This document shows positions 1 through 10,958 of a stretch of DNA of 64,000 nucleotides, in pieces (the stretch's first letter is position 1; every line of letters begins with the position of its first letter). Location of the stretch: contig CBDATS010000004.1 in the NCBI GenBank assembly GCA_965200245.1, positions 832,001-896,000 of the forward strand. Direction: 5' to 3'. The stretch comes from a bacterium (GTDB lineage: Bacteria; UBA8248). Position numbers and translations under genes: made by a program. The notes beneath the pieces were generated by a model. That model did not search any database, was not told the origin of the DNA, and worked only from the letters and a program-made list of their open reading frames with translations.

Positions 1-108
1 GCGATCGACGAGTCGGTTGAGCTGATATTCGAGAAGACGTGCTGTCTGCTCGACGCGCTCCGCGTAGCGGCCCATCCAGTAGAAATCGGCGGCGACCCTA
101 GCCAGCAT
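1..108 (-). CDS. alpha-E domain protein (DUF403), N-terminus only, runs off window
   Basis: Manual translation from ATG at 108 gives MLARVAADFYWMGRYAERVEQTARLL, matching the alpha-E 'MLSRVA..YWMGRY.ER.E..AR' motif. RBS AGGAAAAGGA. Lies downstream of the cp-ATP-grasp gene. Confidence 0.85.
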   Translation of the reverse strand, partial: MLARVAADFYWMGRYAERVEQTARLLEYQLNRLVDR

Positions 109-288
109 GATCCTTTTCCTTATTGTCAATCTCCGCTGGGCGGGTCCCTGTGCCCGCCCTGTATCCCAATCCCTAGTCCATTTACGCGCATTACTCGAAT
201 TGAAACCAAGAGAGGCCACGGGAGACCTTCCCTACGGCACTGCTCTTCACTGATCGGCGCTCCCTCATCCCCCGACCGGGATCGATCG

Positions 289-1776
289 CTACGACTCCAG
301 CACCCAGGTGTCCTTGCAGCCCCCACCCTGGCTCGAGTTCACAACGAGGCTGCCGCGCCTGAGCGCGACACGGCACAATCCGCCCGGAACCACAAATTGC
401 TCATCGCGTCCCTGAAGCACGAAGGGGCGAAGATCCACATGGCGTGGTTTGATGCCTCCCTCGACGAAGCACGGCGAGCGCGACAGGGCGAGCGTGGGCT
501 GGGAGATGAAGTTTGCCGGGTCGGCGCGTAGCCGCGCGGCGTATTCCTCACGCTCGGCTGCGGTGGAGTGCGGACCTATGAGCATCCCGTAGCCGCCCGA
601 GCCGCCCACCTCCTTCACCACCAGTTCGTCGAGATGTTCCAGCGTGTAGGCCAGACCCTCGGGCTCGCGGCAAAGGTGCGTCTCCACATTGGAGAGAATC
701 GGTTCCTCGTTCAAGAAGTAGCGGATAATCCTCGGCACGTAGGCGTAGATGCTCTTGTCGTCCGCGACGCCGGTCCCCGGCGCGTTGGCAAGCACGAGAT
801 TTCCTGCGCGGTAGGCATGGAAAAGCCCCGCAGCACCCAGGAACGAATCGTCCCTGAACGTGACGGGATCGAGAAAATCATCGTCTACACGTCTGTAGAG
901 CACATCGATGCGACGAAGCCCCGATGTCGTACGCGCATACAACCCTGCGTCGCGCACGAGCAGATCCTGCCCTTCGACCAGGTCGACGCCCATCTCGCCC
1001 GCGAGAAAAGCGTGCTCGTAGTAGGCGGAATTGTAAATACCGGGTGTGAGCACAGCTACGTTCGGCTCCTTCGACGAGTGGCCCAGGGAAACGAGTGTGG
1101 AATAAAGATGCTCGGCGTAGTCGGCCACCTCGCGGACGCGGTGCTCGCGGTAGAGCCTCGGCAGCACGTCCTTGATGGCGTTGCGGCAGGCGAGCATGTA
1201 GGAGACTCCCGAGGGGACGCGCAGGTTGTCTTCCAGGACGGCGAAGCCCTCGTAGGTGCGGACAATGTCCGTTCCGCAAACAGCGACATATACATCATGG
1301 GGAACTTTCAGACCGCGCATCTCCACGCGGTATTGTGGACAGCCGAGCACGACTTCGACGGGCACAATTCCCTCGCGCAGGCACCGGCCCTCGTGGTAGA
1401 CGTCTTTCAGGAACAGGTTGAGCGCCATCAAGCGCTGCTTGAGGCCTCGTTCGACATGATCCCACTCCGCCGCCGTGAGCAAGCGCGGCACGCAGTCTAT
1501 CGGGATGATCTGCTCGGTAGCCTCCTCGGCGTCAAGCACCGTGAAGGTGATGCCTTCATATAGAAAACGGCGGTAGACACCTTCCTGGAGTTTTTCCAGA
1601 TCCTCACGCGAGAGTTCGGCGAGCGCGGCTTTCAGCCGCCCGCTCGCTGCGCGCGCCTTACCGCCTGCGTCGAACATTTCGTCGAAGAAGTGCGAATCGA
1701 TATCGTATCCCGCGAAAGGATCCTCACCTCGTACCGTGGCGCCCCGCTTCGCCTCCGTGTTCATGCGCGTCTCCAT
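289..1776 (-). CDS. Circularly permuted type 2 ATP-grasp protein (DUF404/DUF407)
   Basis: Motifs LEDNLRVPSGVSY, YRRVDDDFLDP, NAPGTGVADDK, GGSGGYGMLIGP, PRHVDLRPF and VVNSSQGGGCKDTWV. Confidence 0.92.
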   Translation of the reverse strand: METRMNTEAKRGATVRGEDPFAGYDIDSHFFDEMFDAGGKARAASGRLKAALAELSREDLEKLQEGVYRRFLYEGITFTVLDAEEATEQIIPIDCVPRLLTAAEWDHVERGLKQRLMALNLFLKDVYHEGRCLREGIVPVEVVLGCPQYRVEMRGLKVPHDVYVAVCGTDIVRTYEGFAVLEDNLRVPSGVSYMLACRNAIKDVLPRLYREHRVREVADYAEHLYSTLVSLGHSSKEPNVAVLTPGIYNSAYYEHAFLAGEMGVDLVEGQDLLVRDAGLYARTTSGLRRIDVLYRRVDDDFLDPVTFRDDSFLGAAGLFHAYRAGNLVLANAPGTGVADDKSIYAYVPRIIRYFLNEEPILSNVETHLCREPEGLAYTLEHLDELVVKEVGGSGGYGMLIGPHSTAAEREEYAARLRADPANFISQPTLALSRSPCFVEGGIKPRHVDLRPFVLQGRDEQFVVPGGLCRVALRRGSLVVNSSQGGGCKDTWVLES

Positions 1777-2467
1777 GCATTATCGAGTCACGGACAGGGT
1801 AACCACGTTCTGGACTTCGTTCAAGTTTACAGGGGAGGCCTGCATGGACAGGTTGCGATCTTGCCTCTACATCCAAAGCCTCAACTCCTCTCCTGATGCC
1901 CGGAAATGATTCCCAGGGGGAGTGATTTCGAATGTCCGTGTATTCCAGTAGCCGGGCAGGTCCTGTCCCTGCCCACGGATATATTCGCTCATGCCCTTGT
2001 TGACCCAATCGGCCAAGGCTGCGAGAGCCGGCGACGTAACGAAACGCGCATTCTCGCCTTCTAGGTTGTCTTCGGTAATCGCACGGACTCGCGCGGACGC
2101 AGTTCATATGTTGGCGGGAATCCCGTACCCGATAGTTTGGGCAAACGTTTCTCTCAAGCCGGTCGAGGGGCGTCACCGCTTGCCTCACCGCGTCCTTCAG
2201 CAGGCTCGTCGCCTCGCTGAGCAGAAGCAACTGCACCTCGTGGGCCTCTTCTGCGGAGGCGTTCGCATGCATGAAGGCGAAAGGACGCCCCTGTCGATTC
2301 ATCTCGGCACCAGAGGCTTTTGGTGAAACCTTCCATATGGTTGAACATTCGTTTCCCGGACGGCCGGGACCGAAACTTCCGGGGTCCGGCTCATTTTGAG
2401 TCGTGCGCTATGGCCTGACCGCCTCCATTCCGGCCAAAGAGGCCATACAAAACCTTGCCCGTATTTC

Positions 2468-3417
2468 TCAGTTTCGCGTTTTGGGATCCAGAGCGTCGCG
2501 CAGACCATCACCGAAAAGATTGAAACCGAGCACCGTCACCATGATCGCCAGTCCCGGCGCGACAACGTTGAACGGCCTTACGACGAGCGAAGTCAGGTTC
2601 TGCTTTAGGTCAAAACCCCATGAAGGCGTCGGTGGCTGGGAGCCCAGCCCCAGAAACGAGAGGTTCGCCTCGAGCAGGATGGCGAAAGCGATGGAGATGG
2701 TAGCCGAGACGATCAGCGGGGCGAGGCAGTTCGGCAAAACATGCAGGAAGAGCAGCCGGAAGTCCGAAGCCGAGACGCTTCGAGCGCCCTCGACGAATTC
2801 CTGCTCCTTGACGGCCAGAACGCTTCCCCGCACGACGCGCGCGAAGATGGGAATGCGCACGACGGCGAGCGCCAGTAACACGTTGGCCGTGCTCGGCCCG
2901 AGAATGACCATGATGACAATGACGAGCAAAAAGTGGGAAAGGCGAGGATGAGATCCATGAAACGCATCGATATCAGATCGAACCAACTCCCGTAATAGCC
3001 CGCGCAGACGCCGAGCGGGATACCCAGAAAGACCGCCAGCACGATGGATCCGAGACCCACGAAAAGTGTGACGCGAGTGCCATAGATGACGCGCGAGAAA
3101 ATGTCGCGGCCCAGCGGATCCGTTCCGAACGGAAATTTCAGTGAGGGCGGCATCAGGCCCGGCCCGGCTGGGTCCTGATACGAATTGGGGGCGATGACGT
3201 CAGCTGACATCGCGACCAGAACGAGGGCGACCACGATGACGAGCCCGGCGACGGCCGTCTTGCTCCTGCGCAGGCTACGCCAGAATAAAGACAGCATGCC
3301 CTGGTGATCGATTTCCTCGCCGTTTCGGGAAGGCGACTCGAAATTCGATGCGTGCTTCCCGTCATCCTGGCCAGCGGGTACGGCTACGGTCTCGCGCTGG
3401 TCAGGCTCAGTTCTCAT
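2468..3417 (-). pseudogene. ABC peptide/nickel transporter permease (DppC-like), frameshifted
   Basis: N-terminal half (PFGTDPLGRDIFSRVIYG...LAFPT) and C-terminal half (FLLVIVIM...EFVEGARSVSAS...HVLPN...LSFLGLG) are in different frames. One extra T in the T5 run (2928-2932 on +) would join them. Confidence 0.85.
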
Positions 3418-4354
3418 AACGAATTCTCGGATTGAGATAGGCGTAGAGAACATCCACCGTCAGGTTTGCCAGCACGAAAATCGAGGAAGACACCAGAATA
3501 AAGCCCATCACGGCCGGGTAGTCCCTGCTCGAAATGGCGTTGATTCCATACTGCCCCAAACCGGGAATGGAAAATATCGTTTCGACGATGATGGTTCCTC
3601 CGACGAGGAAGCCCACCTGAAGGCCCATCACCGTGACCACGGGGATGAGGGCATTCTTGAGCGCATGCCTGAGAATTACGACGAACTCGACGGCCCCTTT
3701 CGAGCGGGCCGTGTTTACGTAGTCCTGTCCGATGACCTCGAGAATGCATCCACGGACGAGGCGGGTGAGGATGGCACCCCGGGTGAGTCCGAGGGTAAGT
3801 ATGGGCAGCGCCATGTGGGAGAGATGTTCGGTCGCGCCCGCCGACCAGGGTTTGTAGCCCTGCACCGGGAAAACGCCGAGACCCAGCGAAAAGAGCAACA
3901 CGAGTACGATTCCACCGAAGAATTCGGGCGTGGAAATACCCACCATCGCCCCGGTCATGGCGGTGTAGTCGCTCGGCGTGCAGGGGCGAACGGAGGAAAT
4001 GATTCCCGCCGGAAGCGCCACCATCAGTGCCACGATCATGGCCCCGAAGATGAGTTCAAGGCTCACGGGAAGATGTTCGAGTATCTGGTCCAGGACTGGC
4101 AGGCCCGAGAGGACTTCCTTTCCCCAGTCCCCCCAGACCAGCCGGCCGATCCAGAGCAGGTACTGAACATGGATAGGACGGTCGAGGCCGTAGTGGCTCC
4201 GCAGTGCCGTCGCGACATCCTCCTCGTAGAACTCGCCGAGATAGGCCTCAATGGGGTCGCCAGGTATCGACTGGATCGCCAGGAAGACCACCATTGTAAT
4301 TCCGAGCAGCGTCGGAATCAGCAACAACACCCGCCGGATGATGTACGCCCTCAT
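3407..4354 (-). CDS. ABC peptide/nickel transporter permease (DppB-like)
   Basis: MRAYIIRRVLLLIPTLLG, YGLDRPIHVQY, DYVNTARSKG, HALKNALIP, VETIFSIPGLG. Confidence 0.92.
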   Translation of the reverse strand: MRAYIIRRVLLLIPTLLGITMVVFLAIQSIPGDPIEAYLGEFYEEDVATALRSHYGLDRPIHVQYLLWIGRLVWGDWGKEVLSGLPVLDQILEHLPVSLELIFGAMIVALMVALPAGIISSVRPCTPSDYTAMTGAMVGISTPEFFGGIVLVLLFSLGLGVFPVQGYKPWSAGATEHLSHMALPILTLGLTRGAILTRLVRGCILEVIGQDYVNTARSKGAVEFVVILRHALKNALIPVVTVMGLQVGFLVGGTIIVETIFSIPGLGQYGINAISSRDYPAVMGFILVSSSIFVLANLTVDVLYAYLNPRIRYEN

Positions 4355-4375
4355 AACTTCCCCATCCGCACCAGT

Positions 4376-5959
4376 TTAGCGATCAAGCCACACGGACGTG
4401 TAGTCGAGCATCATCTTGCCTAGATTCGTGAAGCCCTTCACGTCGGATCTCGTGGCCTGAAGAAAAGAGAAGCTCGCGATGTTCGGGTAATATCCCTGCG
4501 CCAGTATGTAGCGCTGGAGTTTGTGGCTGATGTCGATCTGTTTTCGCGGATCGATGGTGGAGCGCCAGAGATCGAGCAGCCGGTCCACCTCGAGGTCCTT
4601 CATGTTGTAGTAGTCGATCCCCGATTTCGAGTGAATGGTGTGCGAGTTGCTGTTCGCCGTGCGCGAGGAAAGCGTGTTTTGAAGTGTGATTTGAAGCTTT
4701 CTCTGACGCACGAAGGCACGGTTCCAGGTGGCGTAGTCCACGACGCGGATGTCCATGGAAACGCCAAGCTTGGCGAATTGCAGTTTGAGCGCCTGGGACA
4801 CCTCAATGTGGGCCGGGTCGGAGTTATTGGTGGTCAGAGTGAACTTGAGCGCTTTGCCACCCGGTCCTTAGCCGGCTTCCTTGAGCAGTGCCTTGGCCCT
4901 GGCGGAATCGTAAGGGCACTCGGCGGTGAGGTCGAGCGCGTCCTTCGCGCCCGCGGGCGAGTAGCTCACCCACGGCTTGGCGAGTCCGCGCAGGGCGGTC
5001 TTGACGATCTGGGCGCGGTCCACGCCGAAGCAGGAAAGCGCCCTTCGAACTCTCTTGTCCTTCCACGGATCCCGCTGGCCGTTGATCGGAAAGGCGTAGT
5101 TCATGGTCTGGGGACCGACGAGCACCTTCACCCCGGGCGTTTTTTTCGCCGTCGCGTACAGTGGAAGCGGAAGGTTGTTGATGATGTCTATCTCACCAGC
5201 GGCGAGGGCGTTCATCCGCTGGTTTGCGTCTGCCATGAAGTAGAACTCGATCCGATCGACGTAGGGCAGGCCCTTTCTGAAGTATCCCTTATGCCGCTCG
5301 GCGAAAAAGTGCCGATTGCGCTTCCATTCGACGAACTTGAACGGGCCGCTCATTACCGGGTGGCGCCTGAATTTCTCGATGTTCATGTCATAGGACTTGG
5401 GGGAAACCAACACGAACCGCGAGAAGGCCGCAGACATGGCGTCGAGCGTCATCGCCTTGCCGACATCGTTCTGGTGGATACTAACGGTGTATTTATCGAG
5501 TACTTCCACCTTGTTGATGTGGAAGAGGTAGCCGCGGAATATGTTGCGCCATTTGTATTTCGGGCTTTTCTTCTTCAGTTCCTTGACCCATGTCGGAACG
5601 ACCTTGCCGCTGATGATATCGAAATTCCATTTGACCGACGCCGCGTCGAGCGGCGTACCGTCGTGGTACGTGCCGCCCGGGTGAAGCTTGAAGGTGATGA
5701 CACGTCCATCATCGGAGACTGCCCAACTCTTCGCCGCGCCCCCGACAATGTTGAAGTTCTCATCGAGGCGCACCAAGCCGGACCCGATCGCCTCGCGATA
5801 CACCTTGCGCCCGAAACCGACTCCGAGCGGGTCCAGGTTGACGGCTTCTCCCTCAATGGCAACCTTCAGGGTGCCACCCCTCTTGGCCGCATCGGCATCG
5901 GTTACGGGGCTGGATACCAGGAACAGGATGGAAAGAACGGATATCAGTATTGGAAGCAT
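4376..5959 (-). pseudogene. ABC transporter family 5 substrate-binding protein (DppA-like), premature TAA
   Basis: Signal peptide, KRGGTLKVA, HDGTPLDAASVKWN, SGPFKFVEW. In-frame TAA at 4868-4870 (EAG*GPGGKALKFTL, probably from TAC/TAT), then the same frame continues to ...YTSVWLDR. Confidence 0.85.
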
Positions 5960-6116
5960 TGTGCCACCTCCTTTCAGGGTGTTGCTCAGGATGTTGCGAG
6001 CAATGTAAAAGTGAAATATCCTCCTCTCTACAACCCTTGTCGTTCTGGCTTGCACTACATCGTAAAACTGACGCGTGAGCGAAAATCGACTCCCGCAGGT
6101 CGTCTCCCCGTTCGCT

Positions 6117-7088
6117 TTACCCTTTCACCTTGTCCAGAATACCGGTCGCCTCCAGGTCCCTGCGGAACGCCTCCTTCTCCCGCTGCGTGAGGGGCACGAT
6201 GGGCGGACGCGGATCCCCCGAGGGCAGACCCAGAAGCCTCGTCCATTCCTTCAGGTACGCCGTCGTCCGTCCGTTCGGACCCGTCGTGAAGTACTTCCTC
6301 CGCACCGCGCGCAGCGGTTCCAGTGAATAGTTGATCTGCCACGCCCTCTCCGTCTCCCCCGACAGCGCCGCCTCGTAGTAGTCGCGGATCGGCGTGTAGC
6401 CCGGCACCTGGAACAGGTACGGAAGCGGCGAGGACATGTGCACCTGCATCCCAAGGTGCAGGAGACTCACCAGGAAGTGCTCCTCGTTCGGGTCGCACAC
6501 CACTATCTCCTCCCCCACGCGACGCCGCACCTCGCTCTGGTGCGCCATGCTGGGAACCGCGTTCTTGATGCAGCAGATGTTCTCCAGTTCGCAGAGCCGC
6601 TCGATCAGTTCGGGACTCAGCGTCGTCCCCGATTTCGGCTGGTTGAACAGCGACAGCCCGATGTCCACCTGCTCGCAGATCGTCCGGAAGTACAGGAATA
6701 TCTCCTCGTCGTCGTGCGCCCCGTACACCGGGTTGATCATGATCGCGTAGTCCGCACCCACCTCCTCGGCGCGCCTCGTCAGTTCCACCGCTTCCCGGAT
6801 GTTGATGTGCGGCGTGTGCGGTATCGTCTGCGCAACCCCACGGCTCTCCTCGCACACGATGTGCTGCACACGCCTGCGCTCCTCGGGAGAGAGCGACCAG
6901 AACTCCCCCATCAGGCCGTTGCAGAAAAACCCGTCGATCCGCAGGTCGTCGATGCAGGTCCGGACGAAGCGCCGCAGACCATCCTCGTCCAGCTCCCCCG
7001 CGGGCGTGAACGGCGTCGTCAGCGCCGCCCAGACGCCCCTCATGTGTTCCCGGCAGTACGCCTTCGCCTCGCCCTTCGTGTATTCCAT
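6117..7088 (-). CDS. DHDPS/N-acetylneuraminate lyase family class I aldolase/dehydratase (not a true DapA)
   Basis: ALTTPF..GELDEDGL, NGLMGEFWSLSPEER (GTTGE variant), Schiff-base Lys in CCIKNA, DPRPPIVPL. Confidence 0.85.
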   Translation of the reverse strand: MEYTKGEAKAYCREHMRGVWAALTTPFTPAGELDEDGLRRFVRTCIDDLRIDGFFCNGLMGEFWSLSPEERRRVQHIVCEESRGVAQTIPHTPHINIREAVELTRRAEEVGADYAIMINPVYGAHDDEEIFLYFRTICEQVDIGLSLFNQPKSGTTLSPELIERLCELENICCIKNAVPSMAHQSEVRRRVGEEIVVCDPNEEHFLVSLLHLGMQVHMSSPLPYLFQVPGYTPIRDYYEAALSGETERAWQINYSLEPLRAVRRKYFTTGPNGRTTAYLKEWTRLLGLPSGDPRPPIVPLTQREKEAFRRDLEATGILDKVKG

Positions 7089-7149
7089 CTCCTCCCCCCA
7101 TAAGCAGTCGGTAACGAAATCCCCGGACAGACTCTCCCCCGCCCACTCC

Positions 7150-7577
7150 CTACCCGGCAGGAAGGCCCGTGATCCGAGAACTCATCTTGATGCGGTAGAT
7201 GTGGTTGTTCCCCGCTCCGTGCAGAAACGATATCACGTCGCGGAGGTATTTCTCGACCGGACAATCCCGCATGTAGCCCAGCCCCCCGTGCACCTCCAGA
7301 GAGAGCCGGCACACCTCGTACGCCGCTTCCGAGCACACCACCTTCGTCAGACACGACAGCTTCGGATCGTACTCCTCCGCGTAATCCACCGCCCAGGAGA
7401 CAGCACCAACGTGCGCAGGCCGAACCTGGAATTCTCCTCGACGATCTCGGTGGGGATACAATTGGTCGGATCCGGATCGCAGTCGAAATCGGCGACGACC
7501 GGTTGCACGTTTCGGTCGATGCAGTCGCGCGCGTACGTTTGAAATTCCTTTTGTTTCCTGCTCAAGGGAAATTCCAT
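7150..7577 (-). pseudogene. Acyl-CoA dehydrogenase remnant with large internal deletion
   Basis: ACAD N-terminus (MEFPLSRKQKEFQTYARD) is joined out of frame near 7400 to an ACAD C-terminus (KVVCSEAAYEVCRLSLEVHGGLGYMRDCPVEKYLRD). The central ~250 aa are absent. Confidence 0.8.
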
Positions 7578-7857
7578 CGTTCCTCCTTCCGACCAAATCC
7601 GCGAGAGAAGGTGAACAAGGGTCGCGCAGGTTTCCCGCCCAAGGCAGGTAAAGCGGGTAACGCCGGAACGATGCCGCCATTCATGAACGTGCTCAGTTGC
7701 GAATAATCCAACATCTACAATCGGTGGTTTGTTGTCAACCCGCTCGGTTCAGCCGATCTCCGGAGAAACGCGTACTCTCTCGTGCGATGCGTTCATCCGC
7801 TCCCCGGTGGCGTCGAATCCCCGATGCGGGTTGCAAACGCCGCAGGTGAGCGGTTCG

Positions 7858-9585
7858 CTAGGGTCTGGCACAGATGACATTCAGAAGCGCCTGTCTGCCT
7901 TCCACCCGAACGGCGTGGAGCGCGCGTTCGAGAGCGGGTTTGATCTGTTCGGGCGCCTCGACCATCTCTCCGTAACCGCCGCAAGATTCACATATTTTTT
8001 CAAAATCGGGCGAAGGTTCAAGCGCCGTGAAGGGAAAATCGTCCTGGCCCACAGCCCATCCGTCCGGATAAATCACCCGCGCATTCCGCTTCACGGAGCC
8101 CCAGGTTCGATTGTTAAAAACGACTACCAGCACGGGAATATCGTGCGCGCTCGACGCGAAATGGCAGGCGACGGGGTTGCCGAAGACGTATGCGCCGTCC
8201 CCCAGCGTCACGATGACAGTCCGGTCCTTTGCGGCCAATTTGGCGCCCAGCGCCGCTCCGAAACCCCAGCCAGACCGGCAGCGGGGGGGGGGGGGGTGAT
8301 CGAAGTAGGTACCGGGCCTGGTGCGCGTGAGTTGGGTCCCGACCATGTCGTATTCGTTCACCAGGATGTCATCCTCCCCCAGCGCGTCGTTGATGCAGCG
8401 CGAAAGCCAGACAAACTCAATGGGACGGCTCGCAGAAGCCTTTTCCGCCTCTTCCCGCCATTTGGCGCGTTGAGCGGCGTGTGACCTCTCAAGCTCCTCG
8501 CGGCGATCGGCGATCTCGGCTTCCCTGCCCGCCAGCAACGGGCGAAGCGCCTCTCTCAGCGCGGCGAGGGCAGGCGCCGACTTGGACTGAATCGACAAAT
8601 CGGCAGGGAACCCCCGAATGGGGTAACGGGAGAAATTCGGATCGACCGCTAACTGAATGAAACGGGTTTCGGGTTTCGGCTGCACCTGCGAGGGTATCCA
8701 TGGAACGGTCGATTCGACGGTCAAAACGGCGTCAGCCTTCGGGAAATGCTCCCACAGCGCATACCCCTGGTGTAGCGGATGATTCGTGGGGAAGTTCACG
8801 AACTCCCGGAATCGGTCTTCAATTACCGGAAAAGCGCCCAATTCGGCGAGCGCAATCAGTTCGCCGACCGCATCCGGATCGCTCCCCATCATTCCGACGT
8901 GAAGTACGGGATGACTTGCCCCGGACAGCATTTTGGCCGCTGCGTCGATCGCATCAATATCCGGGAAAAGACGGGCGGGCCGGGTCGTTCGGGGTTTTTC
9001 CCAATAGGAAAACTCCTTCTGGGGAGCGGCCAGCACTTCACGCGGCAAAACGAGATATACGGGCCCCATGGGATGAGAGGCAGCGATACCGAGCGCGCGA
9101 TCGACCACCGTTTCGAGTTGTTCAAAGTTCCGCAGTTCGTAGTCCCACTTCACGAACTCGCGGACCATTGCCCCCTGGTCGAAGCTCTCTTGCGCCCAGT
9201 GGATGTATACGTTGCGGCTCCCGAGCATGCCCGACTCGGTGATGGGCGTACGCCCCGCAGTGAAAAGCATCGGTACGTTGAGTCTGTTCGCGTTGATGAG
9301 CCCGATGACCGAGTTCGCCGTTCCTACCGATACATGAACCATGACGAGTTGGGGCCGCCCGGTCACCATGGTATAACCGTGCGACATGCTCACGGCGAGC
9401 ATTTCGTGGGGCGCGAGAATGGGAATCGGACAAGGCCTGCCATCCGCGCGAAGTTTGGCCAGCCCTTCGATTATCGAGGGGAAGTCGGTTCCGCCGTTGC
9501 CGAAAAAGTATTCAATCCCGCGGTCGGCCAACAAGGCAAGATACGCTTCGGCAGTGGTCTCGACGGCAATACGTTTCTTTTTCAC
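7858..9585 (-). CDS. Thiamine pyrophosphate-dependent enzyme (acetolactate synthase/decarboxylase-like)
   Basis: FGNGGTDFPSI, PHEMLAVSMSHGY, HVSVGTAN and TPP motif LGDGAYVF...VFNN. GTG start after GGAGG. Contains a C14 tract in the coding strand. Confidence 0.88.
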   Translation of the reverse strand: MKKKRIAVETTAEAYLALLADRGIEYFFGNGGTDFPSIIEGLAKLRADGRPCPIPILAPHEMLAVSMSHGYTMVTGRPQLVMVHVSVGTANSVIGLINANRLNVPMLFTAGRTPITESGMLGSRNVYIHWAQESFDQGAMVREFVKWDYELRNFEQLETVVDRALGIAASHPMGPVYLVLPREVLAAPQKEFSYWEKPRTTRPARLFPDIDAIDAAAKMLSGASHPVLHVGMMGSDPDAVGELIALAELGAFPVIEDRFREFVNFPTNHPLHQGYALWEHFPKADAVLTVESTVPWIPSQVQPKPETRFIQLAVDPNFSRYPIRGFPADLSIQSKSAPALAALREALRPLLAGREAEIADRREELERSHAAQRAKWREEAEKASASRPIEFVWLSRCINDALGEDDILVNEYDMVGTQLTRTRPGTYFDHPPPPRCRSGWGFGAALGAKLAAKDRTVIVTLGDGAYVFGNPVACHFASSAHDIPVLVVVFNNRTWGSVKRNARVIYPDGWAVGQDDFPFTALEPSPDFEKICESCGGYGEMVEAPEQIKPALERALHAVRVEGRQALLNVICARP

Positions 9586-10445
9586 GACACACCCTCCATA
9601 AGGTCCATCGAGGCCACAGGACCGTGGGCATGAGAATCGGGAAGATTTCGATTGATGACGCCTATTCACCAAGAGCGAACATCATACTATTCCTGAACAA
9701 TCCCATATCCGTAGATTCATCGGCGAAACCGAAATTGTCAATTCGAGTTGCGCCCTCCAAGCCCACTGCCGCTGGCTGATTGGAATGGAGACTTCCGTCA
9801 AGACCGCAACCTCTTCCGCCGTCAGGAATTGCAGCATGGCCGTTTCCTCAGTTGTCGCTGGCCAGGGGAGTCGAGCGTCCGGGAGACCTTCCAGCCAATC
9901 CTCCCGGTCAAATCCCGACTCGGCCTCAAGCCGGTGCGGATTGGGCCTGGGCGTTGTTCCTGAACCTCGTGATGAAACCTTCGGCAGAGGGGCACCGGCG
10001 TTGCAGGAGGCTCGATTCAGCCTCCAATGTTGCGCTCGACATCCTCGAAACTCCGGATATGCGTGTTGAAACAGGACCGCCGTTTGTTTCTATGAGGACG
10101 CAGCACCCCGTGACCATGACGCGTCGGTGCTCGCTGCGGGTTCCAATGTGTCAAAGCTGAAAAAGAACGGACATACGCAGTTACAGGCCTTGGGCTCGCA
10201 CTGTATCTGGTAATATTACCTTCACTTCCATAGATATCATCACACGCCATCATCTTGCGCTTCTACGGGATGGCCTCTGCATCAGGATATTGTGCCCGGT
10301 TCGCCCAAAGTGTAATCACAAAATTTTTCAAAGTGCCCCTGATGAAAAAGACGCAACGGGATCACGACGCATAGAGATTCTGCCGCGGTTCACGCCTTCC
10401 GCAGTAACGGCAAACGCGCGGATTTGCAAAATGCCACACTCCCGC

Positions 10446-10682
10446 TCAAGGCCCTGGATAGGCTTCGGGCGGCTTGGCGTCGTCCGGAGACCTCTTTGAC
10501 TTTATTCGTTTTCTGCTGACGATGGCATCATCCTTGAGCCGCGCGATGGGGTCTTCCTCCTCGTTCCCGCGCCCGTAGGCGTTGCCCTTCTCGAAGGCGA
10601 GCCTGCCGAAGAGGCGGTTCAAGTTGTTGCGCGCGATCTGCTCGTCTTCTTCATCCTTCCCCGGCTTTCTCATGGCTTCCAT
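10446..10682 (-). CDS. Small hypothetical protein
   Basis: 78-aa charged ORF with purine-rich RBS (AAGAGGGAG); no recognisable family. Confidence 0.45.
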   Translation of the reverse strand: MEAMRKPGKDEEDEQIARNNLNRLFGRLAFEKGNAYGRGNEEEDPIARLKDDAIVSRKRIKSKRSPDDAKPPEAYPGP

Positions 10683-10714
10683 CTCCCTCTTGTTTTACAT
10701 GGAATATCAGCAGT

Positions 10715-10885
10715 TTACATGATTCGCCACCGATCGCCCAACGTCATGACCCTGACGCGGAAGGCGTCCACCCCTGTCTCGGCGATATGCCCCATGAATA
10801 CCCCAGGCGGGAGGTTGATCGACTCATCCGTCAGGTCGAAAGTACCCCGGTGCATTGGGAACCATCCAGTGCGCCCGAGAAAATT
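10715..10885 (-). pseudogene. C-terminal fragment of MBL-fold metallo-hydrolase (NAPE-PLD/RomA-like)
   Basis: Manual translation ..PMHRGTFDLTDESINLPP..VRVMTLGDRWRIM* resembles the family motif PMHWGTFDLTDEP. No start codon or N-terminal part. Confidence 0.55.
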
Positions 10886-10958
10886 TCGCTTACCGATATG
10901 AGGTTACATCGCAACTCATTCGGCGGTCCGGAAAACCCCATCCACCGGGGAAGAATGA

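Noticed and set aside
1724-2350. 192-aa and overlapping ORFs between the ATP-grasp gene and dppC
   Set aside because: No recognisable motif. A faint resemblance to a transposase C-terminus is too weak to support.
9680-10440. Short ORFs in a long intergenic region
   Set aside because: Probably decayed coding DNA, but no family could be recognised and no RNA gene structure was seen.
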